From a virus: 64,000 nt of DNA. Made by a program: the position numbers and the translations under genes. The stretch is from the IMG/VR virus record IMGVR_UViG_3300037130_000236; one strand, written 5' to 3'. Below are positions 1 through 8,546 of this stretch, one piece after another. The notes beneath the pieces are model-generated. The model did not search any database. It saw only the letters and a program-made list of their open reading frames with translations, and had not been told where the DNA came from. Positions within the stretch are counted from its first letter, which is position 1. Every line of letters begins with the position of its first letter.

Positions 1-32
1 GAATCCTGAAACCTGCTCAGAACACAAGCAAA

Positions 33-55
33 AAAGGCCCCACACGTGGGCCTTT
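33..55. terminator. Hairpin, possible bidirectional intrinsic terminator
   Basis: aaaggccc-cacacgt-gggccttt inverted repeat with an A-run before it and TTT after it. Confidence 0.55.
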
Positions 56-63
56 GGTACATC
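52..63 (+). promoter_or_regulatory. Motif B copy (CTTTGGTACATC), putative phage promoter
   Basis: Matches recurring CTTTGGTASWTC; lies upstream of the ATG at 88. Confidence 0.55.
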
Positions 64-87
64 GAGGGTCGGAACCATGCTGGGAAC

Positions 88-525
88 ATGGTCAAACCCA
101 TCGATCCTTGGCCTGCACCAGGCCCGAACTCGCACATTTTCTTCAAGGTCACGGCAGTGAACCCCAACGACTACGGGATTCCTCCCACGACGTTCATCGT
201 CGAGGCGCTCAATGAGGAGGTGGCCGTCGAGTGCATCAAGCGCGCGATCTGGGCTGGCATCCTCTTGCCACACAGCTACAATGGCGCTCTCAATCCATGG
301 CCCGCATATTTCCAGAGCAATGCCCTGAGGTATCTGCTCGATGGGATGTTCGTTGCCGAGGAACTGGAGACTCTGCCGACGCTGCGGTTCTTTCCCGATC
401 CGTGCATTCGGGATGAGTGGCTTCGCTACCAGCTCTCCTGGATGGCTCGTCTTGTCGAGGATATCCAGAAGTGGTGGGATGCCATGCTGGCACGGACCTT
501 CTTCACTTCCTGGTTTGGAAGGTGA
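88..525 (+). CDS. Hypothetical phage protein
   Basis: ORF 46..525; ATG at 88 preferred because it lies downstream of motif B. Confidence 0.6.
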   Translation: MVKPIDPWPAPGPNSHIFFKVTAVNPNDYGIPPTTFIVEALNEEVAVECIKRAIWAGILLPHSYNGALNPWPAYFQSNALRYLLDGMFVAEELETLPTLRFFPDPCIRDEWLRYQLSWMARLVEDIQKWWDAMLARTFFTSWFGR

Positions 526-666
526 AGTTTCTTGTCGTCATCCTTGTCGTTGCGGCAGTAGTTCTGCTCTGTACTGGCCATGTCATCTTGGCCTGCGGGG
601 CAATCATGCTTGCTGGCACCATGTCCCGGTTCATCATCCGAACCCCAACCCTTTGAAGGAGTTTCA

Positions 667-1374
667 ATGAGTTCCAGCCTCAATCACTACACAGCAAACG
701 TTCAGGTGACGGATGCCGTCATGCACAACAAGACCCCGCTCAGCACTTCGACATTCACGGTTGCCGTCCTGGCCGCCAATGTGACCGATGCCAAGGCCCT
801 GATCCAGGAGTTCTATGGCCGCACGGGGATGTCCTCCAAGATCATCGATGGGGTTCACACCCTGTATCGGGCTGCCACTCCCAACGTCCCTGGCGCCATC
901 CGGACTGTCACGGTGACCAATGTCGTTCTGGTGACTTCCCCAACTGCTGCCGTTCCTGTTGCCGTTTCTACTTCGGCGCCGGCGACTGCTGCTGCTGTGC
1001 CTGTTGCCGCAGCCGCGACTTTGGTTGTTGCTGCCGCGGTCGCCGCAACACCTGCTCCAACTCCTCCGCCTCCTGCTTCAACAGCTACCAGCACTGCGAC
1101 GGCTGCCGCCGCGACGGAGACCGCATCTGTCATCGATGCGACTGCTTCGCCTGCAGCCACTACGGCAGTCACCGACACAACGACAGCCACTGTTGCCGCC
1201 ACGGTTCCTTCCACACCCGCACCGACCTCGAAGGCAGGTGGACGAGGACGCAAGACCATCACAGTGGATGCTTCTGCATCGACTGAGACGGCTGCCCCTG
1301 CTACAGCCGCTCCCGCTTCTTCCACCACGGCAAGTGAGCCGGCTTCCTCCACGACTGCGCCCGCAGCCAGCTAA
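667..1374 (+). CDS. Hypothetical protein: about 85-aa N-terminal domain plus long Ala/Thr/Pro low-complexity tail
   Basis: RBS gaaggag before ATG 667; composition of the C-terminal two-thirds. Confidence 0.7.
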   Translation: MSSSLNHYTANVQVTDAVMHNKTPLSTSTFTVAVLAANVTDAKALIQEFYGRTGMSSKIIDGVHTLYRAATPNVPGAIRTVTVTNVVLVTSPTAAVPVAVSTSAPATAAAVPVAAAATLVVAAAVAATPAPTPPPPASTATSTATAAAATETASVIDATASPAATTAVTDTTTATVAATVPSTPAPTSKAGGRGRKTITVDASASTETAAPATAAPASSTTASEPASSTTAPAAS

Positions 1375-1397
1375 GACGACACATTTTCGTGAAGGCC

Positions 1398-1433
1398 CTA
1401 CAAGCCCGCCGCCCTGGCGGGCTTCGTAGCTTT
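1398..1433 (+). terminator. Hairpin / intrinsic terminator
   Basis: ctacaagcccgcc-gccct-ggcgggcttcgtag followed by cttt, directly after the stop at 1374. Confidence 0.6.
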
Positions 1434-1441
1434 GGTACATT
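1430..1441 (+). promoter_or_regulatory. Motif B copy (CTTTGGTACATT)
   Basis: One mismatch to CTTTGGTASWTC; intergenic, upstream of ORF 1499. Confidence 0.5.
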
Positions 1442-1498
1442 CCCTTGCCTCCACATACTCGCAATTGACGGCCCAGCCAGGGCTGTAAGGAATGAAGC

Positions 1499-1705
1499 AT
1501 GTCGAAGGAAGCAATTCTGTTTGCCGTCACCGAGACCAAGGTTCGTGACAAGGCAGCCGGCCGCGTAGGCACGGTCACGTTTGAGAGCGCGAACGCCAAG
1601 GGCACCAGCAAGGTTGTCCTGGTGAGTCAGGAAGAGATCGTCGACGACTACCGGGTGGGTGAGTTCTATGAACTGACCCTCAACCAGGTTCAGGCGCCGA
1701 AGTAG
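1499..1705 (+). CDS. Hypothetical protein
   Basis: 68-aa ORF with RBS (taaggaatgaagc ATG). Confidence 0.7.
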   Translation: MSKEAILFAVTETKVRDKAAGRVGTVTFESANAKGTSKVVLVSQEEIVDDYRVGEFYELTLNQVQAPK

Positions 1706-1761
1706 TCAGCTGTCTGCTGACATTGTCCCAATCATCAACCCGTTTTGAGAGGAATTCCGCA

Positions 1762-2013
1762 ATGGCATTTTGGGAAGTAACTGGCACCGTCGTGACCGAG
1801 GACAACAACGCAGTCACGTTTCGCACCTTTGTCCCCGCCGAGGAGCTGGTGGATACCGTCAACGAAGGTCTCGATGCGATCTTTGAGATCGAGAACCCCG
1901 AGGTCTACGACGAACCCGAGACCACGACCAACGGTTGCTTCGCCATGGCTCAGGGCCTTGCGGCGATTGAACCGCCTCCGGCCGTGAATGTTCACGTCGA
2001 GGTGCATGTCTAG
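1762..2013 (+). CDS. Hypothetical acidic protein
   Basis: RBS gagagga before ATG 1762; tightly packed with neighbours. Confidence 0.65.
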   Translation: MAFWEVTGTVVTEDNNAVTFRTFVPAEELVDTVNEGLDAIFEIENPEVYDEPETTTNGCFAMAQGLAAIEPPPAVNVHVEVHV

Positions 2014-2015
2014 TC

Positions 2016-2237
2016 ATGCAGGCTCGAGTCAAACTCACACCGCGCATTATTGCCAGGTTGATTGTCGGCAAGCCCGTGACAGTCAACCTGCCGGCAGGCA
2101 CATCGTCACTTTCCCTCGTAACGGAAGGCAAGTTCCACGAATTCCTCCGTGCGTTTCATGCACCGGAAGAGTTTGATCCGGAGACCTCGCATACGGAAGT
2201 GATCGGCCTGTTCGACCTGATTTTTGGAAGGCACTAA
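2016..2237 (+). CDS. Hypothetical protein
   Basis: 73-aa ORF abutting the previous stop; RBS gaggtg. Confidence 0.6.
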   Translation: MQARVKLTPRIIARLIVGKPVTVNLPAGTSSLSLVTEGKFHEFLRAFHAPEEFDPETSHTEVIGLFDLIFGRH

Positions 2238-2281
2238 ACCACAACCGAGTCCCAGCAGTTGATCAGGAAAGGCATTCTGGA

Positions 2282-2620
2282 ATGAAGATCCAACCCATCA
2301 GCAACTACCTCATCATCAAGCTCGATCCGGCCGATGAGAACATCGGCAACAGCAAGTTGATTGCACCAGGCCAGCTCAATGAGGCCTACAACGTCCCCAA
2401 GCGGATGGGCACCGTCCGTGCAGTTGGCCGCGGCCTCGTCACTGCCGGCGGCGAGATCATCCCTCCGCAGTTGAAGGCCGGCGATCGCGTCTACGTCCTG
2501 CAGACCAAGGTCGAGATCACCGTCGAGTACGACGGCGAAGACTGCCTCGTCCTGTCGGACGAGTCGCACGTCATCGGCATCATCACCGAGGAGTCTTCAC
2601 TGATTCTGGGGGGCAAGTAA
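2282..2620 (+). CDS. groES: Co-chaperonin GroES/Cpn10-like protein
   Basis: MKIQPISNYLIIK...GTVRAVGRG...IIPPQLKAGDRV...VEYDGEDCLVLSDESHVIGII matches the Cpn10 pattern (P+.D.V+V, G.V+AVG.G, VK.GD.V, E.D+L++). Confidence 0.9.
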   Translation: MKIQPISNYLIIKLDPADENIGNSKLIAPGQLNEAYNVPKRMGTVRAVGRGLVTAGGEIIPPQLKAGDRVYVLQTKVEITVEYDGEDCLVLSDESHVIGIITEESSLILGGK

Positions 2621-2630
2621 TGCCTCCCTT

Positions 2631-3155
2631 ATGACCATGTCTGCCGCTCAGCAAGAAGCGATCAATGAACTCTCCGCGATGTGTGAAGCGCGCGGCTGGC
2701 TCACCCCTCGTGATCAGATGGTTCACCTGTTCTCCCACCACCAGTGCGACATGATCTGTGAAGAGAATGGACTGCTGTGGAATAAGGCGTGTTCCTGCGG
2801 CACCACTATCGATGTACGCCGTGGTGGCTACATACAGCATCTGATTGCAATCCTGAACAAGGAGTCCGGACATGAAGCTGTTTCTTTTGACGTTCGAGGT
2901 CAAGTTCAAGCAGGACACAAATGTCCTGACTATCAAGGATCAGATGATTGTCCCCGAGAAGACCGAAGCCTCTGCCAAGAAGCGTTTTCTCGCAACGATC
3001 GAGAAGGTGGGGACGATACTTTTGCGCTTCAACGACTCGACCAGGATTCTTGCACCCATCCGCGATTTCGGCGGAGAGGTCTCTATTACAAGTTGCATAA
3101 AGCAGTAACGGACTTCCTCTGCGGCCTGCTCTGTACCTTTGGTACTTCCTACTAG
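2631..3155 (+). CDS. Hypothetical Cys/His-rich protein; its 3' half overlaps ORF 2872..3108 in another frame
   Basis: 174-aa ORF; the N-terminal half looks protein-like, the C-terminal half is uncertain. Confidence 0.45.
   Translation: MTMSAAQQEAINELSAMCEARGWLTPRDQMVHLFSHHQCDMICEENGLLWNKACSCGTTIDVRRGGYIQHLIAILNKESGHEAVSFDVRGQVQAGHKCPDYQGSDDCPREDRSLCQEAFSRNDREGGDDTFALQRLDQDSCTHPRFRRRGLYYKLHKAVTDFLCGLLCTFGTSY
2872..3108 (+). CDS. Hypothetical protein
   Basis: Strong RBS (aaggagtccggac ATG); phage-like codon use. Confidence 0.6.
   Translation: MKLFLLTFEVKFKQDTNVLTIKDQMIVPEKTEASAKKRFLATIEKVGTILLRFNDSTRILAPIRDFGGEVSITSCIKQ
3137..3148 (+). promoter_or_regulatory. Motif B copy (CTTTGGTACTTC)
   Basis: Matches consensus; upstream of ORF 3173. 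Confidence 0.55.
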
Positions 3156-3172
3156 CCGTTCATTCTGGGCAC

Positions 3173-3457
3173 ATGGATGCCCAGAAAGAAGCATATAAGC
3201 TCCTCAAGGAACACGGCGAGCAGATCAGGCACAACAAGCATGAAGCCTGGCGTGTCAACGGCCACCTCATCACCATCACCAAAACCAGAACCGATGACCG
3301 CGGCTGGCTGAACAAGCTCTGCGAGATTCGCCGTTGTCTAAAGATGCCGGTGGAAGAAGCCTTCCGCCAGACTCGGTGCAACGGAAAGGGCCGGTTCACC
3401 GACGCTCCGGTGGCACAGCACTCTGTCAGTTGGGCTGGCCCGGCCGCGACGAGGTAA
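3173..3457 (+). CDS. HicA-like (dsRBD-fold) toxin / mRNA interferase candidate
   Basis: LLKEHG.QIRHNKH.AW.VNG..ITI.KT.TDDRGWLN...IRR resembles the L..G...R...H.......G..+T+..TPSD.R...N pattern of phage HicA-like proteins. Confidence 0.5.
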   Translation: MDAQKEAYKLLKEHGEQIRHNKHEAWRVNGHLITITKTRTDDRGWLNKLCEIRRCLKMPVEEAFRQTRCNGKGRFTDAPVAQHSVSWAGPAATR

Positions 3458-3462
3458 GCCAA

Positions 3463-3642
3463 ATGCTGACTGGCATCTCTCTCAACAAGATCGATCTCTT
3501 CGATACCACCGAACTCGACGCCGAGTTCAATGCCCACTGGGCCAAGAAGGAGCAACAACCCAATGCCACCTCGCAAGAACCAACCCAAGAAAGCCACGGC
3601 GAAGGCCAAGCCGGCGCCGGTCAAGCCGACGGCGAAAACTGA
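3463..3642 (+). CDS. Hypothetical acidic protein
   Basis: RBS gaggtaa before ATG 3463. Confidence 0.5.
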   Translation: MLTGISLNKIDLFDTTELDAEFNAHWAKKEQQPNATSQEPTQESHGEGQAGAGQADGEN

Positions 3643-3976
3643 GCCCGCGGCGGCACCGGCAGTCGTAGCACCGCAGGCACCCAAGTTTACTGCCGGCGAT
3701 CTCGTACGGAAGGCCCTCCAGCTGCGCCAGCAGCATACCCTGAACGCTCCTGCTCCCACAACTGAGGTGCCAAAAGGATCCAAGCCCACGATCGTCGAGT
3801 TCAAGGTCGTCCTCAGCGACGGCACGGTTCTCCACGCCACAGGCAAGCATGCCGATGTCATGGTGCGCTTCAGCAACGAGTGCCAGGAGATCTGCCAAAC
3901 CCAGGGCTTGGCTGCCTACAACGGACCCCCTATGACCCGGTACACCGCCCAGGAGTGGGCAGCCAAGAACGCATAA
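3563..3976 (+). CDS. Hypothetical protein with Lys/Ala/Pro-rich basic N-terminus
   Basis: MPPRKNQPKKATAKAKPAPVKP...; RBS gaaggag upstream. Confidence 0.65.
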   Translation: MPPRKNQPKKATAKAKPAPVKPTAKTEPAAAPAVVAPQAPKFTAGDLVRKALQLRQQHTLNAPAPTTEVPKGSKPTIVEFKVVLSDGTVLHATGKHADVMVRFSNECQEICQTQGLAAYNGPPMTRYTAQEWAAKNA

Positions 3977-4786
3977 ACTTCGCTCATGTCAAACTCCGGT
4001 AGTAGAGCAGTTTCCGGCGTGTCCTGCACTCGACCGCAACTCGAGAATTGGGGTCTCTTCCACAACGCCCTCCTGCACCGCTCCCTGAGTGGGAAGGCGA
4101 AGATAACCGGCCAAACCTTTTTTGATGCTCCAATAGTGAATCAGCTCTGAGTAGCACGGCCAAGAGAGTCGTTGTATTATCTTTCAGCTGGATTCCTTTT
4201 TTCTTCAGACGGAGTGATTTCAGTCGGTGCAGGAACGTAGATATGCATTGGCCGCAAACTGGATGCCACCTGGAGGACGAGATCGCCTCCTGGCGCCCAT
4301 CCGTATCTGGAATCCATCGTGCGTTGCAGTAGGCGCGAATGAGAGCCGTGATTCTAGCTCGCCATCGGATTGTTGGGCCGGCGAAACATAGCCCGATTTA
4401 CCCTGCAACGCACAATATTTTACACACCGTCAGAATGGGCAGACATTGGCCGGTTATGGCGATTTCGCGCTAATTGAGAACCTCGAACGCTGATGTATGG
4501 GATGTAACCCTCATGCCTTGTATGAGATAAAGGATACATATATAAAGGCACAAAGCATCGGACCCCTTTAGTCTACGGCTTGCGCCGACAGACTTCACAG
4601 AGGTGGAGCCCGATGTGCTCTAACTGTTCTTGGGGAGCAACGACCTCAATAAAATTAAGCGGCACCGGCGGCTTCAAGCAGACCTGGGGGTCAGAGGCCG
4701 TCGGTGCCGTTGGGCGGTCTTTTCGCAGAACCGCCCATCCCTTGAATACATTTTGGCTCCTCACATGCGGGCTTCACGCCCGCTGC

Positions 4787-5743
4787 CTACGCCGCCGGAG
4801 CAGCGGGCAGGGCCGTCGCCACCCGGTTCTGCCCCTCACGCTTTGCCTTGTATAAAGCCCTGTCGGCTGCCAGGAGCAGGTCTGGAGGTGTCGTGATCGT
4901 TCCATCCGGCTGGGGCATTGTAGTGGCAACACCGATGCTTGCGGTCACCGACACCCAATCACCGGAATTCTTATTCGAGCGAAAGCGTAAGGTCTGGATG
5001 GCAGAGTGCACTTTTTCAGCGGCCCTGAACGCACCGAGCCCCTCTGTAGCGGGAAGGATGATTGCCATCTCATCCCCACCCCAGCGGCAGACAATATCTG
5101 AAGCGCGCACGGAGTCGCTGATGGCGGAAGCAACCGTGCACAGACAAACATCCCCGACAGGATGCCCGTACCGGTCATTGAACGGCTTGAAATGATCTAT
5201 ATCGAGTAGCAGCAGGGACAGTTGCGATTCCTCGCGGACCGTTCGTTTCCATTCCCTTCTAAGGCTTTGGTCGAAAGCGCGACGATTCCAGAGCCCGGTG
5301 AGAGCGTCCGTCATGGCCAGGGCGGACAGTTTCTCCTCCAGCACCTTGCGGCCGGTGATGTCCCGCATGGACAAAACGTAGACGCGGGGCTCGCCGTTCA
5401 CCGGATCGCGCACACACCGGGTATTGATGCTGGTCCAAACCGGGGTTTGGTCCTTCTTCAACAGCCGCACTCTCACGTGGGAATAGGCAGCGCCATCCTC
5501 GGCGCTGCCCGTGGCAATATCTTCGAGGACCGCAAGGTCCTCGGAAAATACGAACTCGTCGAAATCTTTGCCGATCATCTCGCCGGGGTCCCAGTTGAGA
5601 GTGTCGAGAGCAGAAGGGGACACGTAGCGAATCGCATGATCCGCGCCAACGCTGCACAGAATATCGGCGCAGTTCTCTGCCAGGAACTTGTAATCGATCT
5701 CGACCGCGCCGCTCGGCTCGTGTTGGTCTTCAGGAGGAATCAA
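4787..5743 (-). CDS. PAS-GGDEF diguanylate cyclase
   Basis: PAS (YVSPS...L.WDPGEMIG...W.S....V.D), then D.LTGLWNRR, LLLLDIDHFKPFNDRYGH.VGD, RASD I-site and RWGGDEM active site. Likely start TTG at 5743 after SD GAGGAG; the track ORF extends to 5956. Confidence 0.92.
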   Translation of the reverse strand: MIPPEDQHEPSGAVEIDYKFLAENCADILCSVGADHAIRYVSPSALDTLNWDPGEMIGKDFDEFVFSEDLAVLEDIATGSAEDGAAYSHVRVRLLKKDQTPVWTSINTRCVRDPVNGEPRVYVLSMRDITGRKVLEEKLSALAMTDALTGLWNRRAFDQSLRREWKRTVREESQLSLLLLDIDHFKPFNDRYGHPVGDVCLCTVASAISDSVRASDIVCRWGGDEMAIILPATEGLGAFRAAEKVHSAIQTLRFRSNKNSGDWVSVTASIGVATTMPQPDGTITTPPDLLLAADRALYKAKREGQNRVATALPAAPAA

Positions 5744-6300
5744 CTCAACTCCTCGAACGAGGCCAGGGAAAAACGTTTGCGGTGCGCCCCCGCAAACGGC
5801 CCTTAAACCCGTGGTCGGGGAGTTGGAAAGCCGATACGACACGGCTCCTGTGACCTTTAGCCGCGAAGCCTGGACATACGTCACAGGCTCCCCGACCCAA
5901 AGGCAAGGGAGATCACACGTCTTGCGACGTGCCTTTGTCGTATTCGGGGTTTCCACACCCCAGGGCGGCGCGTGACCGCCCCAAAGTCATCATAACTTTG
6001 TTTTGCAGTCTTTTGGTAGAGTAAGAATCTGTTTTTCTCCAACCTGCCCCGGAATAGCCGAGAGCTTTTTGCCCGGCGAGGTTGAGCCACGCTGCCATCA
6101 TTCGGGGCAGGTAGGCACGCAATAAAGCATCGGCTTTCTAAGCCGGGCCGACTTCTTGCCTCATTGGGTTCATGAACCCCATAATCTTCTCACTGGCACC
6201 AACAGCTCGTAGCGCTCACTGAGAGATCTATCGATCTTCCGTTACAGGTTCCGGGCGTCTGGTCTGCACCTCGGAAGCAGACCCACTATCCAAACCCCTG

Positions 6301-6330
6301 GAACCCCGCCTTCGGACGGGGTTCTTTTTT
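6301..6330 (+). terminator. Rho-independent terminator
   Basis: gaaccccgcc-ttcg-gacggggttc followed by a T run; UUCG loop. Confidence 0.8.
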
Positions 6331-6504
6331 GCCCGGGGAGGGAAGGGGGCCGGCGGAACTGGGGATGGGTGGGCGGATACTCAATGCTTGAGGTCTACTC
6401 ACAGATCTGTCCAGTAGGGTGAACCCCTTAGATTGGCATCTATTCTGACCCAAAAACCCTTTGAACCTTTGACACCTGCCGGTCGAGGTGCGATGCTTCT
6501 TAAT

Positions 6505-6609
6505 AGTGAGTTTCACTCAATTGTTAATTGTAAGTAATACTTACTATTGAGTTTACACTTAAAAGAGAGTAGCTCTTATAGAGCTACTCTTATATTGAGT
6601 ATTACTCAA
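6505..6609. repeat. AT-rich cluster of five abutting palindromes
   Basis: agtga/tcact 6505-6517; caatt/aattg 6518-6530; gtaagta-a-tacttac 6530-6544; agagtagctct-tat-agagctactct 6566-6590; ttgagta-t-tactcaa 6595-6609. Confidence 0.85.
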
Positions 6610-6645
6610 AGCAGCAGGGTTGAACCGAGAATAGCCCTGCCCTCC

Positions 6646-6657
6646 CTTTGGTAGATC
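6646..6657 (+). promoter_or_regulatory. Motif B copy (CTTTGGTAGATC)
   Basis: Matches consensus; upstream of ORF 6680. Confidence 0.6.
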
Positions 6658-6679
6658 GCTCTCGAATCGCATTCTCAAC

Positions 6680-7060
6680 ATGAGGCCGGAAACCGGCCAC
6701 AGGAGAGTTCATTTGAGCGCCCACCCCACCACAGCCATCGACATCGCCAAGCTGCTTGCAGCTGACAACGTGTCCACAGCGGACCGCATCTGGGCAGTTG
6801 ACTTTGAAGTCAAGATGCCGATTGAGCTGATCACCGAAGAAGATTTGCAGTGCCCTGATTGCGGCGTGGTTCATGACCCCAGCCTGGAGAATGCACGGGT
6901 GGTTGCCGACACCGTCACCGTCCTTGGCGGTCCTGATGCCCAGGTGTCAGTGGATCGAGTCCGTGAGTATGTCCTCAACCAGGAACCCGAAGCTGGCCTG
7001 CATATGACCGACTTCGTTCTCACTGGCGTCAAGCTGCTCGCTGCTGCGGAGGTGGTATAG
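6680..7060 (+). CDS. Hypothetical protein with a CxxC motif
   Basis: 126-aa ORF containing CPDCG. Confidence 0.65.
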   Translation: MRPETGHRRVHLSAHPTTAIDIAKLLAADNVSTADRIWAVDFEVKMPIELITEEDLQCPDCGVVHDPSLENARVVADTVTVLGGPDAQVSVDRVREYVLNQEPEAGLHMTDFVLTGVKLLAAAEVV

Positions 7061-7521
7061 TGCTCGATAACTCGGACAATCTCGCCGTCACCCAGCAGGG
7101 TGTTCATGCTGTGGAGACGCCTGCTGACCTGTTCAGCGATCCGCCATTCGGTCATCTTTTTGCAGAGCTGACCGATCTCGCTGCGGCAACGGCCGCCGGC
7201 TTCCGCACCGTCCTGGTGCCGCCGGACACGCCGCTGTTCTGCTTCTACTGCCACGATACCGAGGCGCCGGAGTACCGCCTGCGCCGCAAGGCCGGCAAGT
7301 ACGTCGCACTCTGCCACCGGCCTGGAACCATCGAAGGCTGCTGGGATCGTGATGTGGCTCCCATGTGCGAGTACAAGAACCACGAAGCTGTCCAGTGCGC
7401 CCAGGTCGCCGAGTGGGTGGTTGCATTCGGGAAGGACATGCTGATGCGAACCCACCGCTGTCTGATCCACGTTCCGCCGGCGCTTTCCGATGTTTCCGAG
7501 CACCGGGTCTTTCCTATCTAG
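7060..7521 (+). CDS. Hypothetical Cys-rich protein, possibly Zn-binding
   Basis: CFYC, C..C and C..C clusters; translationally coupled to the previous ORF. Confidence 0.65.
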   Translation: MLDNSDNLAVTQQGVHAVETPADLFSDPPFGHLFAELTDLAAATAAGFRTVLVPPDTPLFCFYCHDTEAPEYRLRRKAGKYVALCHRPGTIEGCWDRDVAPMCEYKNHEAVQCAQVAEWVVAFGKDMLMRTHRCLIHVPPALSDVSEHRVFPI

Positions 7522-7659
7522 GGTTGCTCTCTGTACGCCAGAGGCCCTTTCTCAGTTGTATCTCTCCCGTCTTTGTTCCCCATCCCAAGCCTCAGTACAA
7601 GACGGGAGGAATGGCGCGCGAGCGCAGACCTCCCGTTCCACAACCCTTAGGAAGAATCC

Positions 7660-8142
7660 GTGCCCCTCGATCAAACCGGCTATCGCAACACCTTCCCGCT
7701 CACCAAAGTCCTTGACCGCCTCTTTCTGGGCGGCTTCAAGGACGCTGAAGACCTCAGGTCCGGCAACCCACACAACATCACCCACATCTGCAACTGCACT
7801 ACTGAACCGCTCACGATTCCGTCCAGATGCGTCACCAGCATTATCCAGATGGACCAGCTCGACGGCCACGACTGGGATGTCCAGAAGCTCTACTCGGCTG
7901 TCGATTGGATCCGTCGCGCGCTGCTCGGCGGAGGCACCGTCCTGGCCCATTGCCATGCTGGCATCAGCCGGTCTCCGGTGCTGGTTGCGACCTATCTCTA
8001 CACCTGCGGCTTCGACTTCGACCGCGCGCTCGACCGCATCAAGGCCCAGCGCCCGATCGTGCAGCCTGCACCTGTCGTCCTGGTCAGTGCCAAGCGGGCC
8101 TTTGGTATCTCCCCGCTTGCCATCCACACTGCAGGCAGATGA
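7660..8142 (+). CDS. Dual-specificity protein phosphatase
   Basis: HCHAGISRS (CX5R P-loop), LFLGG, ITHICNC, A+..+K..RP.V.P. Confidence 0.92.
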   Translation: MPLDQTGYRNTFPLTKVLDRLFLGGFKDAEDLRSGNPHNITHICNCTTEPLTIPSRCVTSIIQMDQLDGHDWDVQKLYSAVDWIRRALLGGGTVLAHCHAGISRSPVLVATYLYTCGFDFDRALDRIKAQRPIVQPAPVVLVSAKRAFGISPLAIHTAGR

Positions 8143-8165
8143 ACCCGTCTCAAAGAAAGGCACCA

Positions 8166-8546
8166 ATGCGTAAAACACTGCTTTCAATTCTGTTCCTTCT
8201 GCTGCTGGCTGTTCCGGCGATCGCGCAGAAGCCTGCACCCGCGGCCGCGCCGGCTCAACCTTCAACGGCGCTGGTCAAGCCCAGCGAGGTCGAGGATCTC
8301 AAGATCGAGAATCTCAAGCTCAAGCTGAGCCTTTACACCCAGCACAAGGTGGACCTCCAGCGCGAGGAAGACTCGGTCAATCAGGACGGTGAGAAGCTGG
8401 CTGAGCAGATCATCGCCGATCATCCTGGCCACCATCTTGATTTCAAGACATTGACGATCGTTTCCGATGCCCCGACGGAGACTGCCAAGTCCGCCCCGGC
8501 CGCTACGCCTGCCTCCCCGGCCCCGGCAGATCCTCCCAAGAAGTAA
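8166..8546 (+). CDS. Secreted/periplasmic hypothetical protein with a coiled coil
   Basis: Sec-type signal MRKTLLSILFLLLLAVPAIA-Q; heptad-like mid-region. Confidence 0.75.
   Translation: MRKTLLSILFLLLLAVPAIAQKPAPAAAPAQPSTALVKPSEVEDLKIENLKLKLSLYTQHKVDLQREEDSVNQDGEKLAEQIIADHPGHHLDFKTLTIVSDAPTETAKSAPAATPASPAPADPPKK

Noticed and set aside
4319-4413. Group II intron suggested by GTGCG starts on both strands and a GAGCCG
   Set aside because: No domain V hairpin (GAGCCG...GAAA...CGGTTC) and no intron ORF. The GTGCG duplication is just the inverted repeat.
5750-6300. c-di-GMP riboswitch upstream of the diguanylate cyclase
   Set aside because: GEMM-type conserved elements were not recognisable on the minus strand. 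An Infernal scan would settle it.
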